From Flavobacteriales bacterium (GTDB lineage Bacteria > Bacteroidota > Bacteroidia > Flavobacteriales > Flavobacteriaceae), in the NCBI GenBank assembly GCA_026996605.1, contig JALWLE010000141.1:3086-67085 (forward strand): a stretch of DNA of 64,000 nucleotides, in the 5' to 3' direction. Both the position numbers and the translations under genes were made by a program. Position 1 is the stretch's first letter; each line of letters opens with the position of its first letter. The notes under the pieces are model-generated. The model was not told where the DNA came from and searched no databases. It saw only the letters and a list, made by a program, of their open reading frames with translations. Below, piece by piece: positions 1 through 10,122 of the stretch.

Positions 1-1
1 T

Positions 2-838
2 ACGGCAGAATCCGGAAGATTAAATATTCCTGTTGGAACCGATACCAATATGGATGGCGTATTGGAAGGTGATGTTGGTGTTAATGGTATTGTAGATGAA
101 TTAGAAACCACACCGGATAGTGGCGTATTATTATATAATGTATTAGATACCGATACTGATGGTAATATCAATGCTTTAGATGACGATGATGATAATGACC
201 ATGTGTTAACTAATGATGAACATCCTGATGATAATACCAATGCCTATCCCGACGACGCACTAGATACCGATACTGATGGAATTCCCGATTATTTAGACAG
301 GGACGATGACGGTGACGGACTCTATACAGATTTTGAAGATGTCGATATCAACAACAACTATCCACAAGACGGTAACCCCATGAATGATGATACCGATGGT
401 GACGGTATTCCCAATTATCTTGATAATGATGATGATAACGACGGTATTTTAACCATTGATGAGCAACCTGATAATAACGGGAACTACGAACCCGATGATG
501 CAGTAGATACAGATAACGACGGTATTCCCGATTATCTCGATGATTATGATGATCGTGAATTGGAAATATTTACCGCCATATCACCTAATGGTAATGGTAA
601 AAATGATTTTATGTACATAAAGAGTGTTGAAAAATTTCCGGATAATAGCATGATTATTTTGAATCGTTGGCAAAATAAAGTTTGGGAAGGTAAAAATTAC
701 AATAATACGGATGTGAAGTTTGACGGTAAAGATATGAATGGAAACCCTTTACCTACCGGAACCTATTTTTATATTTTTGAATATCAAGAAGACGGCAAAA
801 CTAAAACCAAAGCCGGTTATCTCTATTTATTAAAATAA
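2..838 (+). CDS. 3' part of a large secreted adhesin-like protein: thrombospondin type-3-like Ca-binding repeats plus a T9SS type-B (gliding-motility-associated) C-terminal sorting domain. The 5' end lies outside the window.
   Basis: Frame is open from nt 2 to the stop at 836-838. Repeated [16 protein letters not shown] motifs. C-terminus [13 protein letters not shown]...GTYFYIFEY...GYLYLLK resembles CHU_C/type-B CTDs. Confidence 0.7.
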   Translation, partial: TAESGRLNIPVGTDTNMDGVLEGDVGVNGIVDELETTPDSGVLLYNVLDTDTDGNINALDDDDDNDHVLTNDEHPDDNTNAYPDDALDTDTDGIPDYLDRDDDGDGLYTDFEDVDINNNYPQDGNPMNDDTDGDGIPNYLDNDDDNDGILTIDEQPDNNGNYEPDDAVDTDNDGIPDYLDDYDDRELEIFTAISPNGNGKNDFMYIKSVEKFPDNSMIILNRWQNKVWEGKNYNNTDVKFDGKDMNGNPLPTGTYFYIFEYQEDGKTKTKAGYLYLLK

Positions 839-842
839 CAAT

Positions 843-1754
843 ATGAAACGGATATATTACATATTAATTCTTAGCATTATCAGCATAACCGGAATACAAG
901 CCCAAGATTTTCCGTTACATACCCAATATATGTACAATAAAGCGGCGGTTAATCCCGGAGCAGTGGGTGTTAAAGGTAAAGTTAGTGTGTTGCTGATGCA
1001 TCGCCAACAATGGCTTAATGTTGATGGGGCGCCGGTTACGTCCGATTTGGCATTTGAGTATCCTTTAGAAAAAGCAGCATTCGGATTAGGAGTTAATTAT
1101 GACCAATTGGGACCATTGACTAAACTGACCGGTAATTTACAATTTTCTTACAATCTGGAATTATCATTTACGACCTTTTTATCTATGGGACTTAACGTAG
1201 GATTATATAATCAAAGGCTCAATATGGATAAATTACACATTTATGATCCAACAGAAGAAATTTTTAGTAATGATATAAATGTGATGGATTTTAATGTGGG
1301 GGTTGGCGCTTTTATATATTCAGAGACTTGGTACTTTGGCTTATCTATCCCTAATCTGAATATGCAAAAATATTATAAAGATTTAGAATTAAATGATAAG
1401 CATCCTTTACAAGCTTATGCTATGGGTGGATATAATATTGAACTTAATAGAAAAATGACTTTGCAACCATCAGTCATGCTACGTTATATAGATAAATTGC
1501 CGTTTTCTGCTGATGTAAGTGTAAACCTGCAATGGAATGAAACTTTAACTACCGGATTAGCATATCGTTTAAAAGCGGCATACTCTTTGCTTATAGGTAT
1601 TAATGTATCTAGACAATTTCATATCGGTTATGCTTTTGACTGGGATCAAAATCCCATATATAATGTAAATTATGGCTCTCATGAATTAGTATTACGCTAT
1701 TATTTAACTCGGGATGAAAATAGTTTAAGGTTTCAGTCGCCGCGATTTTTCTAA
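843..1754 (+). CDS. PorP/SprF-family T9SS outer-membrane protein (partner of type-B CTD cargo)
   Basis: Signal peptide. N-terminal QDFPLHTQYMYNKAAVNPGAVG motif and beta-barrel-like alternation typical of PorP/SprF. Lies 4 nt downstream of the type-B CTD gene. Confidence 0.8.
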   Translation: MKRIYYILILSIISITGIQAQDFPLHTQYMYNKAAVNPGAVGVKGKVSVLLMHRQQWLNVDGAPVTSDLAFEYPLEKAAFGLGVNYDQLGPLTKLTGNLQFSYNLELSFTTFLSMGLNVGLYNQRLNMDKLHIYDPTEEIFSNDINVMDFNVGVGAFIYSETWYFGLSIPNLNMQKYYKDLELNDKHPLQAYAMGGYNIELNRKMTLQPSVMLRYIDKLPFSADVSVNLQWNETLTTGLAYRLKAAYSLLIGINVSRQFHIGYAFDWDQNPIYNVNYGSHELVLRYYLTRDENSLRFQSPRFF

Positions 1755-1765
1755 TATATATTCTT

Positions 1766-3514
1766 ATGAAGAACAAATTTTCATTTTTCCTATTATTATT
1801 ATTATTATTATTTGGTTTAGAGATTCATGCTCAATTAGATGAAGGAGTAAAAAAAGCAGATCAGCTCTATAAAGGTTATGAATATATTAAAGCTCGAGAT
1901 ATATATTTAAAAGTAGCCAAACGTGGCTATGTTTCCGGCTACTTGTACAAAAAACTTGGTGATTCATATTTTAAAACAGCAGAATATAGAGAAGCAGTTA
2001 AATGGTATGAAAAGTTATTTAAACTTGGTGAAGACCCTGAACCGGAATATTATTTTAGATATGCTCAATGTTTAAAAGCCAGTGGTAAAAGGGCTGAAGG
2101 AGACAAATATTTACAAAGATATTATACATTGGTTGATGATAAATTCAGAAACAATGAAATAAAGAAGAAATCTTATATTTTATATGATAACGATATTCCT
2201 TTAGAATATAGTAGCTATAAGATAGACAGTCTTTCAATAAATACGGAATATTCTGATTTTGCTCCGGTAATATTTAAAAACAAATTAATTTTTGCATCAT
2301 CCGGTTATCATCCGGTCGGTTATAAAAAGAAATGGCAAAACGGGCAACCCTATTTTGATTTATATCAAGCAACAATTAATGCCCCCAATGATGTAACCGG
2401 AGTACATCCGCTTTCAGGCGATATTAATACTGAGTATCATGAATCTTCTGCCACTTTTACACCGGATGGTAAAACCATGTATTTTTCCAGAAATAGTTAT
2501 AAAGCCGATAAAGGTTCTAATGCCAATTTAAGTAAGTTAAAAATATATAGAGCAGAAAAAATTAACGGGGAATGGAAAACGGTTGAAGAGTTACCATTTA
2601 ACAGTGAGAATTTTACTTATACTCATCCTGCATTAAGCCCGGATGGTAAACGTTTGTATTTTTCATCAGATATGCCCGGAAGCTTTGGAAGTTCTGATAT
2701 TTGGTATGTCGAGATCTATGAGGATAATTCATATAGTTATCCACAAAACTTGGGACCAAAAGTGAATACTACAGAACGAGAAAATTTTCCATATATAAGT
2801 GATAATAATAAATTATATTTTGCATCAGACGGGCAATTAGGTTATGGAGGATTAGATATTTTTGTTGCTGATATAGATGAGAACGGTATGATTGGTGATA
2901 TTCTCAATTTAGGAAAACCAATTAATTCATCACAAGATGATTTTTCATTTTCAATTGATACTAAGAAAAAATACGGTTATTTTGCTTCCAGTCGAAATAA
3001 TGAAAAAATGCGAGATAATATTTATGTTTTTTATAAATCTAATGAAATCAAGAAAGGAGATGAAAAAGATCTTTTTTCTAAAATGCAAGATACTATCAAA
3101 GTGGCAATACCCAAAGAAGAAGCTATTGTTAAGGGAAAAGATTTAGGTAAAATATTAGAGTTAAAACCCATATATTTTGAATACGGCAGCTATGATATAG
3201 GACCTCGTGCAGCAATAGAATTAGAAAAGGTAATAACGGTACTTAGAAAATATCCACATCTAAAATTAGATATTCGTTCTCATACCGATTCGCGAAGTAG
3301 CGCCGCATTTAATATGAAACTATCTCAAAAAAGGGCAGATGCTACACGTCAATATATAATAGATAGTGGTATTGACCCTTCACGAATTACTGCCAAAGGA
3401 TATGGAGAAACACAATTGGTTAACCGTTGTAAAGATGGTGTAAAATGTACTGAAATGGAACATCGTCAAAATAGACGATCTGAATTTATAATTATTGACG
3501 ATACTAATAAATAA
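1766..3514 (+). CDS. OmpA-family protein with N-terminal TPR-like region, TolB/PD40-like beta-propeller repeats and C-terminal OmpA peptidoglycan-binding domain
   Basis: Signal peptide. Repeated FSPDGK..YFSS motifs. C-terminal IYFEYGSYDI...SHTDSRSS..FNMKLSQKRADA...GYGE OmpA_C signature. Confidence 0.8.
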   Translation: MKNKFSFFLLLLLLLFGLEIHAQLDEGVKKADQLYKGYEYIKARDIYLKVAKRGYVSGYLYKKLGDSYFKTAEYREAVKWYEKLFKLGEDPEPEYYFRYAQCLKASGKRAEGDKYLQRYYTLVDDKFRNNEIKKKSYILYDNDIPLEYSSYKIDSLSINTEYSDFAPVIFKNKLIFASSGYHPVGYKKKWQNGQPYFDLYQATINAPNDVTGVHPLSGDINTEYHESSATFTPDGKTMYFSRNSYKADKGSNANLSKLKIYRAEKINGEWKTVEELPFNSENFTYTHPALSPDGKRLYFSSDMPGSFGSSDIWYVEIYEDNSYSYPQNLGPKVNTTERENFPYISDNNKLYFASDGQLGYGGLDIFVADIDENGMIGDILNLGKPINSSQDDFSFSIDTKKKYGYFASSRNNEKMRDNIYVFYKSNEIKKGDEKDLFSKMQDTIKVAIPKEEAIVKGKDLGKILELKPIYFEYGSYDIGPRAAIELEKVITVLRKYPHLKLDIRSHTDSRSSAAFNMKLSQKRADATRQYIIDSGIDPSRITAKGYGETQLVNRCKDGVKCTEMEHRQNRRSEFIIIDDTNK

Positions 3515-3588
3515 CCCGTTAAAATATTGCTTTTTTTTACTTGTATTAAAAAAAGTTATATATTTGTATAACCTAAAACCACATTATT

Positions 3589-5979
3589 ATGAAAAGAAGC
3601 ATTTTTTTGGTTATGATTAGCTTTATAACCGTTTTTACTACAAAGGCTCAAGTAGCCATTAACACAACTAATTCAGCGCCCAACAACTTTTCAATGTTAG
3701 ACGTTTCCGGTTCTCAAAAAGGAATTTTAATCCCCCGTATTACAACAGCAGATAGAACAACTATGGCAGGCTCTATGGGAGTAACCGAAGAAGGTCTTAC
3801 AGTTTATGACACCGATACCAAATCCTTTTGGTTTTGGGATGGAACAGCATGGGTAGCTATCGGATCTGCTGCCATGTCTAATGATAAAGACTGGTTTAAA
3901 GAAGGAACTACAGATGCCCCGAATGATATTAATGATAAGATGTACCATATGGGACAAGTTGCTATTGGAAAGAATACCGCAACATCACAATTGGATATTT
4001 ATAGTGACACCCAAGAAACACTTCTTAACGCTAAATTAGCAAACCCTAATGATGTTACTTTACGCTTAGGTGCTTCTATTAATTTAGATGGAACGCCGAT
4101 AACAACGCATGGTAAGGTAGGTGTTTATACGACAGTTGGTGGAGATCCCGGATCGGCAAGTTATCCAATATTAGAAGGGTTCGAAGCTGCTGTTATAGGA
4201 CAGGATGGTGTTGATAAAGATCAATATGGTTTATATACCTATGTTACCGGAAATAATGCAGGTATTCATGTAGGACTTTCTACATATTTAGATGGTGGAA
4301 GTACAGGTGATAGATATGCCAACTATAACTATATTTCCGGATCAAGTAATGGAAAAAACTTTTTATATTATGGCTATAACAATAATAGTGGCGACGGTGT
4401 ACATTTTGGAAATTTTAATTTGATGACAGGCACTGGAAACGGAGTTCAATATGGTAGTTATAATAGAATTTGGAATTCCGGAACCGGAAAACAAGTAGGT
4501 GCATTTAATGAAATATATTCTAAAGGAGCATCAGCTCATACCGGTACTATAAATCTTATTGGTGCTAAAATTCAGCCTGAAAATCCTAATAACATTACTC
4601 CCGTTAGCGGGGATAGTGATGGTAAACGTATCGGTTCAATCAATACTATACTTGGAGATGGAGGAGGACTTCATGTAGGTGGAGTTAATGTTATTTTATC
4701 AACCGGAAACGGTTTTCATTTGGGTGCGAGCAATATTTTAGGGCATAACTACGTAACTAATTCTAATACATCAACAACAGGCTATCATTTAGGAACATTA
4801 AATATGCTAACTGACTTGGGTGCAACTGCACATGTAGGCACTTCTAACGTTTTAGGTATAGTTATTGATCCAAATGATCCCACTAATTATACACCTGTTA
4901 CGGGAGACAGCGATGCTAAAAGAATAGGTGAGTTAAATACCATTGGAGGAGATGGTAACGGGCAACATTTTGGTATTATTAACAGTTTGCTCTCTACAGG
5001 AACAGGAGAGTTAGTAGGTACCAGCAATATCATTGGTTATGATTTTTATACGCAACAAGCCACAAATGCATCAGGTGATGAAGTAGGAACGCTAAACTCT
5101 GTCAACTCTACCGGTGCCGGCTTACATTATGGTAATGTTAATTTTATAGGATATGATCATATCAATAAAACAGAAATTAATAGTGATGGAATACATATTG
5201 GTACAGGTAATTTATTAGCAGGGGGACAAACAGGGAATGCACTTCAAGGACTACAAATAGGAACCAGTAATGTGATTATTGCTAGGTCAGATGCAACCAG
5301 TGCTACCAGTTACGGATTACAATATGGCTCTATGAATATTATTGGACGTAATCCTTCAGAACCTTTAGCTGGTAATACGAATAATGGTGACGGAACACAT
5401 TATGCTACATACAATGAAGTTGCCGATTCCGGTGACGGATTACATATTGCATCATATAATAAAGTTACTGCAGATGGTGCAGGGCAACATATTGCGGTTT
5501 ACGGTGAAGTAGATTCTGCAGATAATACTGCTTTTGCAGGGGCTTTTAAAGGTGATGTTACAGCAAGAAATTATGTAACTACGATTCCTTTTTTGTCAGG
5601 AAGAAAATTAACTAATACAAATTCATCATATGCTGATTATCTTTATGTAGGATCTGCTCTTAACCCAACGATTTTTAACAAATTAGGACAAATAGAAGTA
5701 AAAATGATAGTAAGAGTTTTTTCAAAGAGTGGCTCAAACAGTTCTCATATTTTTAGATTACATGCTAAAAACAATACACAAGATATTTTTCCTATTGATC
5801 AAAATGATACTTGGACTTGGACATCTTTTCCAGATGGCAGATATATGGTAGAAAGTGAGTGGAAAGTTTGGAATGCGGGTACTGATAATTGGTATTTAAG
5901 TTTAAATACTAAAAATGTTGGTGGCAACAGCATTAGTATTGATCAAGTTTACATATTGGTAAGACCGTTTCAGTTTTAA
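3589..5979 (+). CDS. Large secreted repeat (beta-solenoid-like) surface protein of unknown function
   Basis: Signal peptide. N-terminal SMLDVSGSQKGILIPRITTADR...WFWDGTAWV module. About 20 degenerate G-x-x-N-x-I/L-x-S/G-x-G-x-G-x-H-x-G repeats, including an internal ~65-aa duplication. Distinct ~150-aa C-terminal domain. Confidence 0.55.
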   Translation: MKRSIFLVMISFITVFTTKAQVAINTTNSAPNNFSMLDVSGSQKGILIPRITTADRTTMAGSMGVTEEGLTVYDTDTKSFWFWDGTAWVAIGSAAMSNDKDWFKEGTTDAPNDINDKMYHMGQVAIGKNTATSQLDIYSDTQETLLNAKLANPNDVTLRLGASINLDGTPITTHGKVGVYTTVGGDPGSASYPILEGFEAAVIGQDGVDKDQYGLYTYVTGNNAGIHVGLSTYLDGGSTGDRYANYNYISGSSNGKNFLYYGYNNNSGDGVHFGNFNLMTGTGNGVQYGSYNRIWNSGTGKQVGAFNEIYSKGASAHTGTINLIGAKIQPENPNNITPVSGDSDGKRIGSINTILGDGGGLHVGGVNVILSTGNGFHLGASNILGHNYVTNSNTSTTGYHLGTLNMLTDLGATAHVGTSNVLGIVIDPNDPTNYTPVTGDSDAKRIGELNTIGGDGNGQHFGIINSLLSTGTGELVGTSNIIGYDFYTQQATNASGDEVGTLNSVNSTGAGLHYGNVNFIGYDHINKTEINSDGIHIGTGNLLAGGQTGNALQGLQIGTSNVIIARSDATSATSYGLQYGSMNIIGRNPSEPLAGNTNNGDGTHYATYNEVADSGDGLHIASYNKVTADGAGQHIAVYGEVDSADNTAFAGAFKGDVTARNYVTTIPFLSGRKLTNTNSSYADYLYVGSALNPTIFNKLGQIEVKMIVRVFSKSGSNSSHIFRLHAKNNTQDIFPIDQNDTWTWTSFPDGRYMVESEWKVWNAGTDNWYLSLNTKNVGGNSISIDQVYILVRPFQF

Positions 5980-5998
5980 AAATAACGACTAAACTTTT

Positions 5999-6025
5999 AA
6001 TGCCCGGCTATAATAGTCGGGCATT
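5999..6025. terminator. Hairpin between convergent genes (possible bidirectional terminator)
   Basis: aatgcccggct-ataat-agtcgggcatt forms an 11-bp stem including one G-U. It overlaps the last codons of the minus-strand gene. Only weak T-richness follows. Confidence 0.45.
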
Positions 6026-6814
6026 GTTTATTAAACTAAATAATAACCATAAAATAGGCATGCTTTCTAACCAAAATGCTGTATAATAAAAAGATTTTTC
6101 ACTATTGGAATGACAACTTATAACAATTGAAATCATAATAATGAGTTCGTTAATCCAATTATTCGGATTCTTGTATATAATAAAATTCAGTCCCGATAAA
6201 ATAAGAAAGAAAATCAAATAAATAACAAACATACTGTGAGGAAATAATTGCGGAAGTGTTTTTAGGTCGATTTGATCAATTAAAATATCCCTTTTGTCAA
6301 AGCCAAGTGTTAACATGACTATATACAAAAAAACCAAAAGTGTTTTTAATAAAATAACTGTATCAATATTATTAAAATGAGGAATTAATACCACTAGCCC
6401 GGCCCATACAAAACCGACAATTAAAATTTTAATAATACCATTATCACGAAATTTTGGAAGATTCTTATAGTCAAAATTATATAAAAACGTAATGATGAAT
6501 AATGGAATTATAGCAAGTTGAATAACCAAATGTAATTTAAGAAAAGCCAACAGGCTTACCGGTATTGTGAGTCCTAAAAATAATAGAATAACTTGTTTAT
6601 ACTTAGCGTAATATTTTTTTATAAAAAAGCGATTACTCCCAAAACTTAATAGGCGAATAAGATTATAGGAAACAATGGTAGAACTAAATAAAAAAATTAT
6701 ATAAGTAATATCCGCATCACGATTAAAAACCATATATAATGCGATAACCGCTACAGCCACATGAATATTTAAAATAAGGTATAAATCAAAAATATGTTTT
6801 AATAACTCTTTCAA
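6008..6814 (-). CDS. Polytopic integral membrane protein, function unknown
   Basis: 268-aa ORF with about 8 hydrophobic helices. No motif I can assign confidently. Confidence 0.5.
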   Translation of the reverse strand: MKELLKHIFDLYLILNIHVAVAVIALYMVFNRDADITYIIFLFSSTIVSYNLIRLLSFGSNRFFIKKYYAKYKQVILLFLGLTIPVSLLAFLKLHLVIQLAIIPLFIITFLYNFDYKNLPKFRDNGIIKILIVGFVWAGLVVLIPHFNNIDTVILLKTLLVFLYIVMLTLGFDKRDILIDQIDLKTLPQLFPHSMFVIYLIFFLILSGLNFIIYKNPNNWINELIIMISIVISCHSNSEKSFYYTAFWLESMPILWLLFSLINNARLL

Positions 6815-6918
6815 ATGTTATACATTTACCATGCAAAAATATGAAATTAGAATTTAGTAAGGAATATTAAATTTGAAAGATGCAGACCTAATTCTAATTT
6901 CTAAAATCTAATTTATCA

Positions 6919-8118
6919 ATGAAATGGTATCGTAATTTGACTGAAGCAGTCATAATGGCTCTAGATGATATTTTTAATCGGCACAAACAAGCTGATAAAG
7001 TTATTAACACTTTATTAAAATCTAATAAGAAATGGGGGAGTCGTGACCGGAAATTTGTAGCAGGTTTGTTCTACGATATCGTTCGTTGGAAACGTTTATA
7101 TGAGTATTTGGCTGAAGTAGATGTTTTATCCGGTCAAGGGAAATGGCATATTATCGGTACATGGGCAGTTCTAAATCATATCGAATTACCTGATTGGGAA
7201 GAATTTGTAGATATAAATTCGGAAGTTATTTTAACAAAATATCAAAATATTACAAATGAAGCTGTCAAGCAATCTGTTCCCGATTGGCTTTTTGAGCTGG
7301 GTCAAATACAGTTAAAAGGGCAATGGATTGATATTTTAAAAGCCTTAAATGAAGAAGCGCCTATTAGCATTCGTGTCAATCGTTTAAAAACCAATCCGGA
7401 AGATTTAATGCAAATACTTTTAAAACAAGGTATTGAAACCTATCAAGCCCCGGATTACCCCGATGCTTTATTTTTAAAAACACGAAGAAAATTAACACAT
7501 CTAAAATGCTATAAACAGGGTTTGTTTGAAGTACAAGATGCCTCATCGCAATTAGTTGCCCCATTCACAGGTGCAGTTGCAAGAGATGTTGTTATAGATG
7601 CTTGTGCAGGTGCCGGTGGTAAAACTTTACATTTGGCAACCCAAATGCAAAACCTTGGGCAAATTTTAGCTTATGATATTTATCCGGCAAAAATTGAAGA
7701 ATTACGCAAACGGGCTAAGCGCAATGGTATCAAAAATTTGACTGAATCCGGTATAATTGATGCCGAAACAGTTAAAAAAAATCATGAAAAAGCAGATATT
7801 TTATTGCTCGATGCTCCTTGTAGCAGTTTGGGAACCCTTCGCAGAAATCCGAGATTAAAATGGGAACTCAATCCTGAAAAAATAAAACAAATCAATGTAA
7901 TTCAACGAGATATAATTGAATCGTATGAAAGTATGCTCAAACCGGGTGGTTACTTAATTTATGTAACTTGTTCAATTTTGCCATTGGAAAATCAAATAAT
8001 TGTAAAGAATTTTTTAAGCAAACATAAAAATTATACCTTTGTAGAGGATAAAACAATATTGCCGTCCAAATCAAAAGGGGACGGTTTTTATATGGCAAAA
8101 CTTAAAAAATTACAGTAA
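6919..8118 (+). CDS. RsmB/Sun (NOL1/NOP2) family rRNA cytosine-C5 SAM-dependent methyltransferase
   Basis: VIDACAGAGGKTLHLA SAM motif. LLDAPCSSLGTLRRNP and YVTCSILPLENQ catalytic Cys motifs. Confidence 0.8.
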   Translation: MKWYRNLTEAVIMALDDIFNRHKQADKVINTLLKSNKKWGSRDRKFVAGLFYDIVRWKRLYEYLAEVDVLSGQGKWHIIGTWAVLNHIELPDWEEFVDINSEVILTKYQNITNEAVKQSVPDWLFELGQIQLKGQWIDILKALNEEAPISIRVNRLKTNPEDLMQILLKQGIETYQAPDYPDALFLKTRRKLTHLKCYKQGLFEVQDASSQLVAPFTGAVARDVVIDACAGAGGKTLHLATQMQNLGQILAYDIYPAKIEELRKRAKRNGIKNLTESGIIDAETVKKNHEKADILLLDAPCSSLGTLRRNPRLKWELNPEKIKQINVIQRDIIESYESMLKPGGYLIYVTCSILPLENQIIVKNFLSKHKNYTFVEDKTILPSKSKGDGFYMAKLKKLQ

Positions 8119-9965
8119 TGAACAAACAATTAACTTTATTATTTCTTTTGTTTTTGGCAATTACCTATGGACAAGTCCCCGCAGGTTATTATGACAATGC
8201 ACAGGGATTAACAGGATATCAACTTAAAACAGCTTTAAAAAGCATTATTACCAACGGACATAATGTGCAATCATATAATGATCTATATAATGCATATGAG
8301 ACCACAGATACCGATCATTATTACGAAAATGACGGCACAGTTTTAGATATGTATTCTGAAAATCCTACCGGTGCTGATCCATATAATTATCAGCATCATC
8401 AACAAACTTGCGGAAACTATTCAGATGAAGGAGATTGTTATAATCGCGAACATTTAATGCCACAAAGTATATTTAATTCGGCGAGCCCAATGGTTAGCGA
8501 TGTACATTTTGTAGTTCCAACAGATGGATATGTAAATAATAGACGTAGTAATTATCCTTTCGGAGTTGTTAACAATCCGACTTGGACTTCTGATAATGGT
8601 TCTAAATTAGGATTAAATACCGTTTATGGTTATTCAGGAACCGTTTTTGAACCGATAGATGAATTTAAAGGCGATATTGCCCGAATGTTATTTTATATAG
8701 CAACACGCTATGAAGACCAAATTGCAAGTTGGAACAATAGCGATATGTTAGACGGTAGTAGCGATCAAGTTTTTACTGATTGGTTCTTGCATGTTTTATT
8801 AGATTGGTCAGCACAAGATCCGGTTAGTCAACGAGAAATTGACCGTAACAATGCCGTTTATACTTATCAAGGTAATCGTAACCCGTTCATTGATCATCCC
8901 GAATGGGTCAATGCTATTTGGAACCCCAATCCTGATACAATTCCGCCTAGTGTACCGACAGGCTTAAATGTAACTTCGGTGACTGACACGTCTTTTGAAG
9001 TTACATGGCAAGCATCAACTGATAATGTTATGATTGCAGGTTATGAAGTTTATCTCGATAGTAATTTGATTGCTACTGTTAACGATACGCAATATGTTTT
9101 TTCCGGTTTAACACCGGCAACGACTTATTATGTTTGTATTAAAGCCAAAGATACTTCCGGTAATGTATCGGTATGTAGTACACCATTGACTGTTACAACT
9201 ACCAATGCGGTTAATTATATTATTCAAGAAACATTTGACGATTGTAACAATATGATTTTCGATATTGTTAATGAAGCTAGTGATAAAGATTGGCATTGCA
9301 TTACACAATATGGTGAGAACAATTCTCCCGCTGTTCAAATCAATGGTTATCAAGAAGATGTACCGAGTAAAGATTGGTTGATTACACATAATAAAATTGA
9401 TTTTGACAGTTATACCAATGAAAAATTTTCTGTTTTCTTGGCTTATGCCTATGGTACGACGCCGCTGGAATTGGTGTATTCTGCAGATTATGATGGTAAC
9501 GGTTTACCACAAAATTTTGTATGGACAGCAGTCCCCAACGTCAATATACCGGTACCTACCGGTTCATCATCGCCTACAGAAATTACATTATCTGATATTG
9601 ATATTAGTAGTATTTCAGGTCAAGTGTATTTAGCTTTCAAATACTATTCTAATGGTAGTCCTACCCGTTGGACTGTTGATAGTGTGATAATAACCGGAGA
9701 TAATGCCGGAAGTATCAATCAATATATACAAACTAATACTAAAATATTTCCAAATCCTTTACATGGTGATACAAAGTTGTTTGTTACAGCTAATAAGCTT
9801 TCTATAATTAATATACAACTATTTAATGTAAGTGGACAACAAATCCCTATAACTTATAGTAAGCAAAAAAGATTGATTAATCTAAAGAATTTAACTTCAG
9901 GTATTTATCTAATAAAAATAGAAACGGATAAAGGTATATCTTATAAGCAATTAATTATTGAATAA
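8118..9965 (+). CDS. Secreted endonuclease I fused to a fibronectin type III domain, a further domain and a T9SS type-A C-terminal sorting domain
   Basis: Signal peptide. NREHLMPQS and GNRNPFIDHPEW endonuclease-I motifs. FN3-like PPSVPTGLNVTSVTDTSFEVTW. C-terminal IFPNPL...LFNVSGQ...SGIYLIKIETD...KQLIIE. Confidence 0.8.
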   Translation: MNKQLTLLFLLFLAITYGQVPAGYYDNAQGLTGYQLKTALKSIITNGHNVQSYNDLYNAYETTDTDHYYENDGTVLDMYSENPTGADPYNYQHHQQTCGNYSDEGDCYNREHLMPQSIFNSASPMVSDVHFVVPTDGYVNNRRSNYPFGVVNNPTWTSDNGSKLGLNTVYGYSGTVFEPIDEFKGDIARMLFYIATRYEDQIASWNNSDMLDGSSDQVFTDWFLHVLLDWSAQDPVSQREIDRNNAVYTYQGNRNPFIDHPEWVNAIWNPNPDTIPPSVPTGLNVTSVTDTSFEVTWQASTDNVMIAGYEVYLDSNLIATVNDTQYVFSGLTPATTYYVCIKAKDTSGNVSVCSTPLTVTTTNAVNYIIQETFDDCNNMIFDIVNEASDKDWHCITQYGENNSPAVQINGYQEDVPSKDWLITHNKIDFDSYTNEKFSVFLAYAYGTTPLELVYSADYDGNGLPQNFVWTAVPNVNIPVPTGSSSPTEITLSDIDISSISGQVYLAFKYYSNGSPTRWTVDSVIITGDNAGSINQYIQTNTKIFPNPLHGDTKLFVTANKLSIINIQLFNVSGQQIPITYSKQKRLINLKNLTSGIYLIKIETDKGISYKQLIIE

Positions 9966-9986
9966 TGGTTTACATAGATTTTTTTT

Positions 9987-10015
9987 AAAAGCACCTTTAA
10001 AAAGGTGCTTTTTTG
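9987..10015 (+). terminator. Rho-independent terminator after the endonuclease gene
   Basis: A-tract, GC-containing stem gcacct/aggtgc, then a T-run (aaaagcacctttaaaaaggtgctttttt). Confidence 0.7.
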
Positions 10016-10122
10016 TTGTTAAAATATTAATAATATTTCATAAATAGCTTAAATTATACCCTTTGATTTTTTAAAGCCGTTTATTTTTGCTATTTTGTAA
10101 GCCAAAACCAAAACAAACAGCT

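Noticed and set aside
6843-6901. 12-bp perfect inverted repeat gaaattagaatt...aattctaatttc in the divergent region upstream of the rsmB-like gene.
   Set aside because: The arms are AT-only and the loop is 35 nt, in AT-rich DNA. Chance occurrence is plausible, and no second copy was seen.
10087-10122. Upstream TTG starts proposed by the ORF track: 10087 for the acyl-CoA ligase, 42871 for the phosphatase and 39922 for the hydrolase.
   Set aside because: In each case an in-frame ATG a few codons downstream gives an N-terminus matching the family (MDIKRLFD..., MSDKRRILMVCLGN..., MNILHSKIIGKG...).
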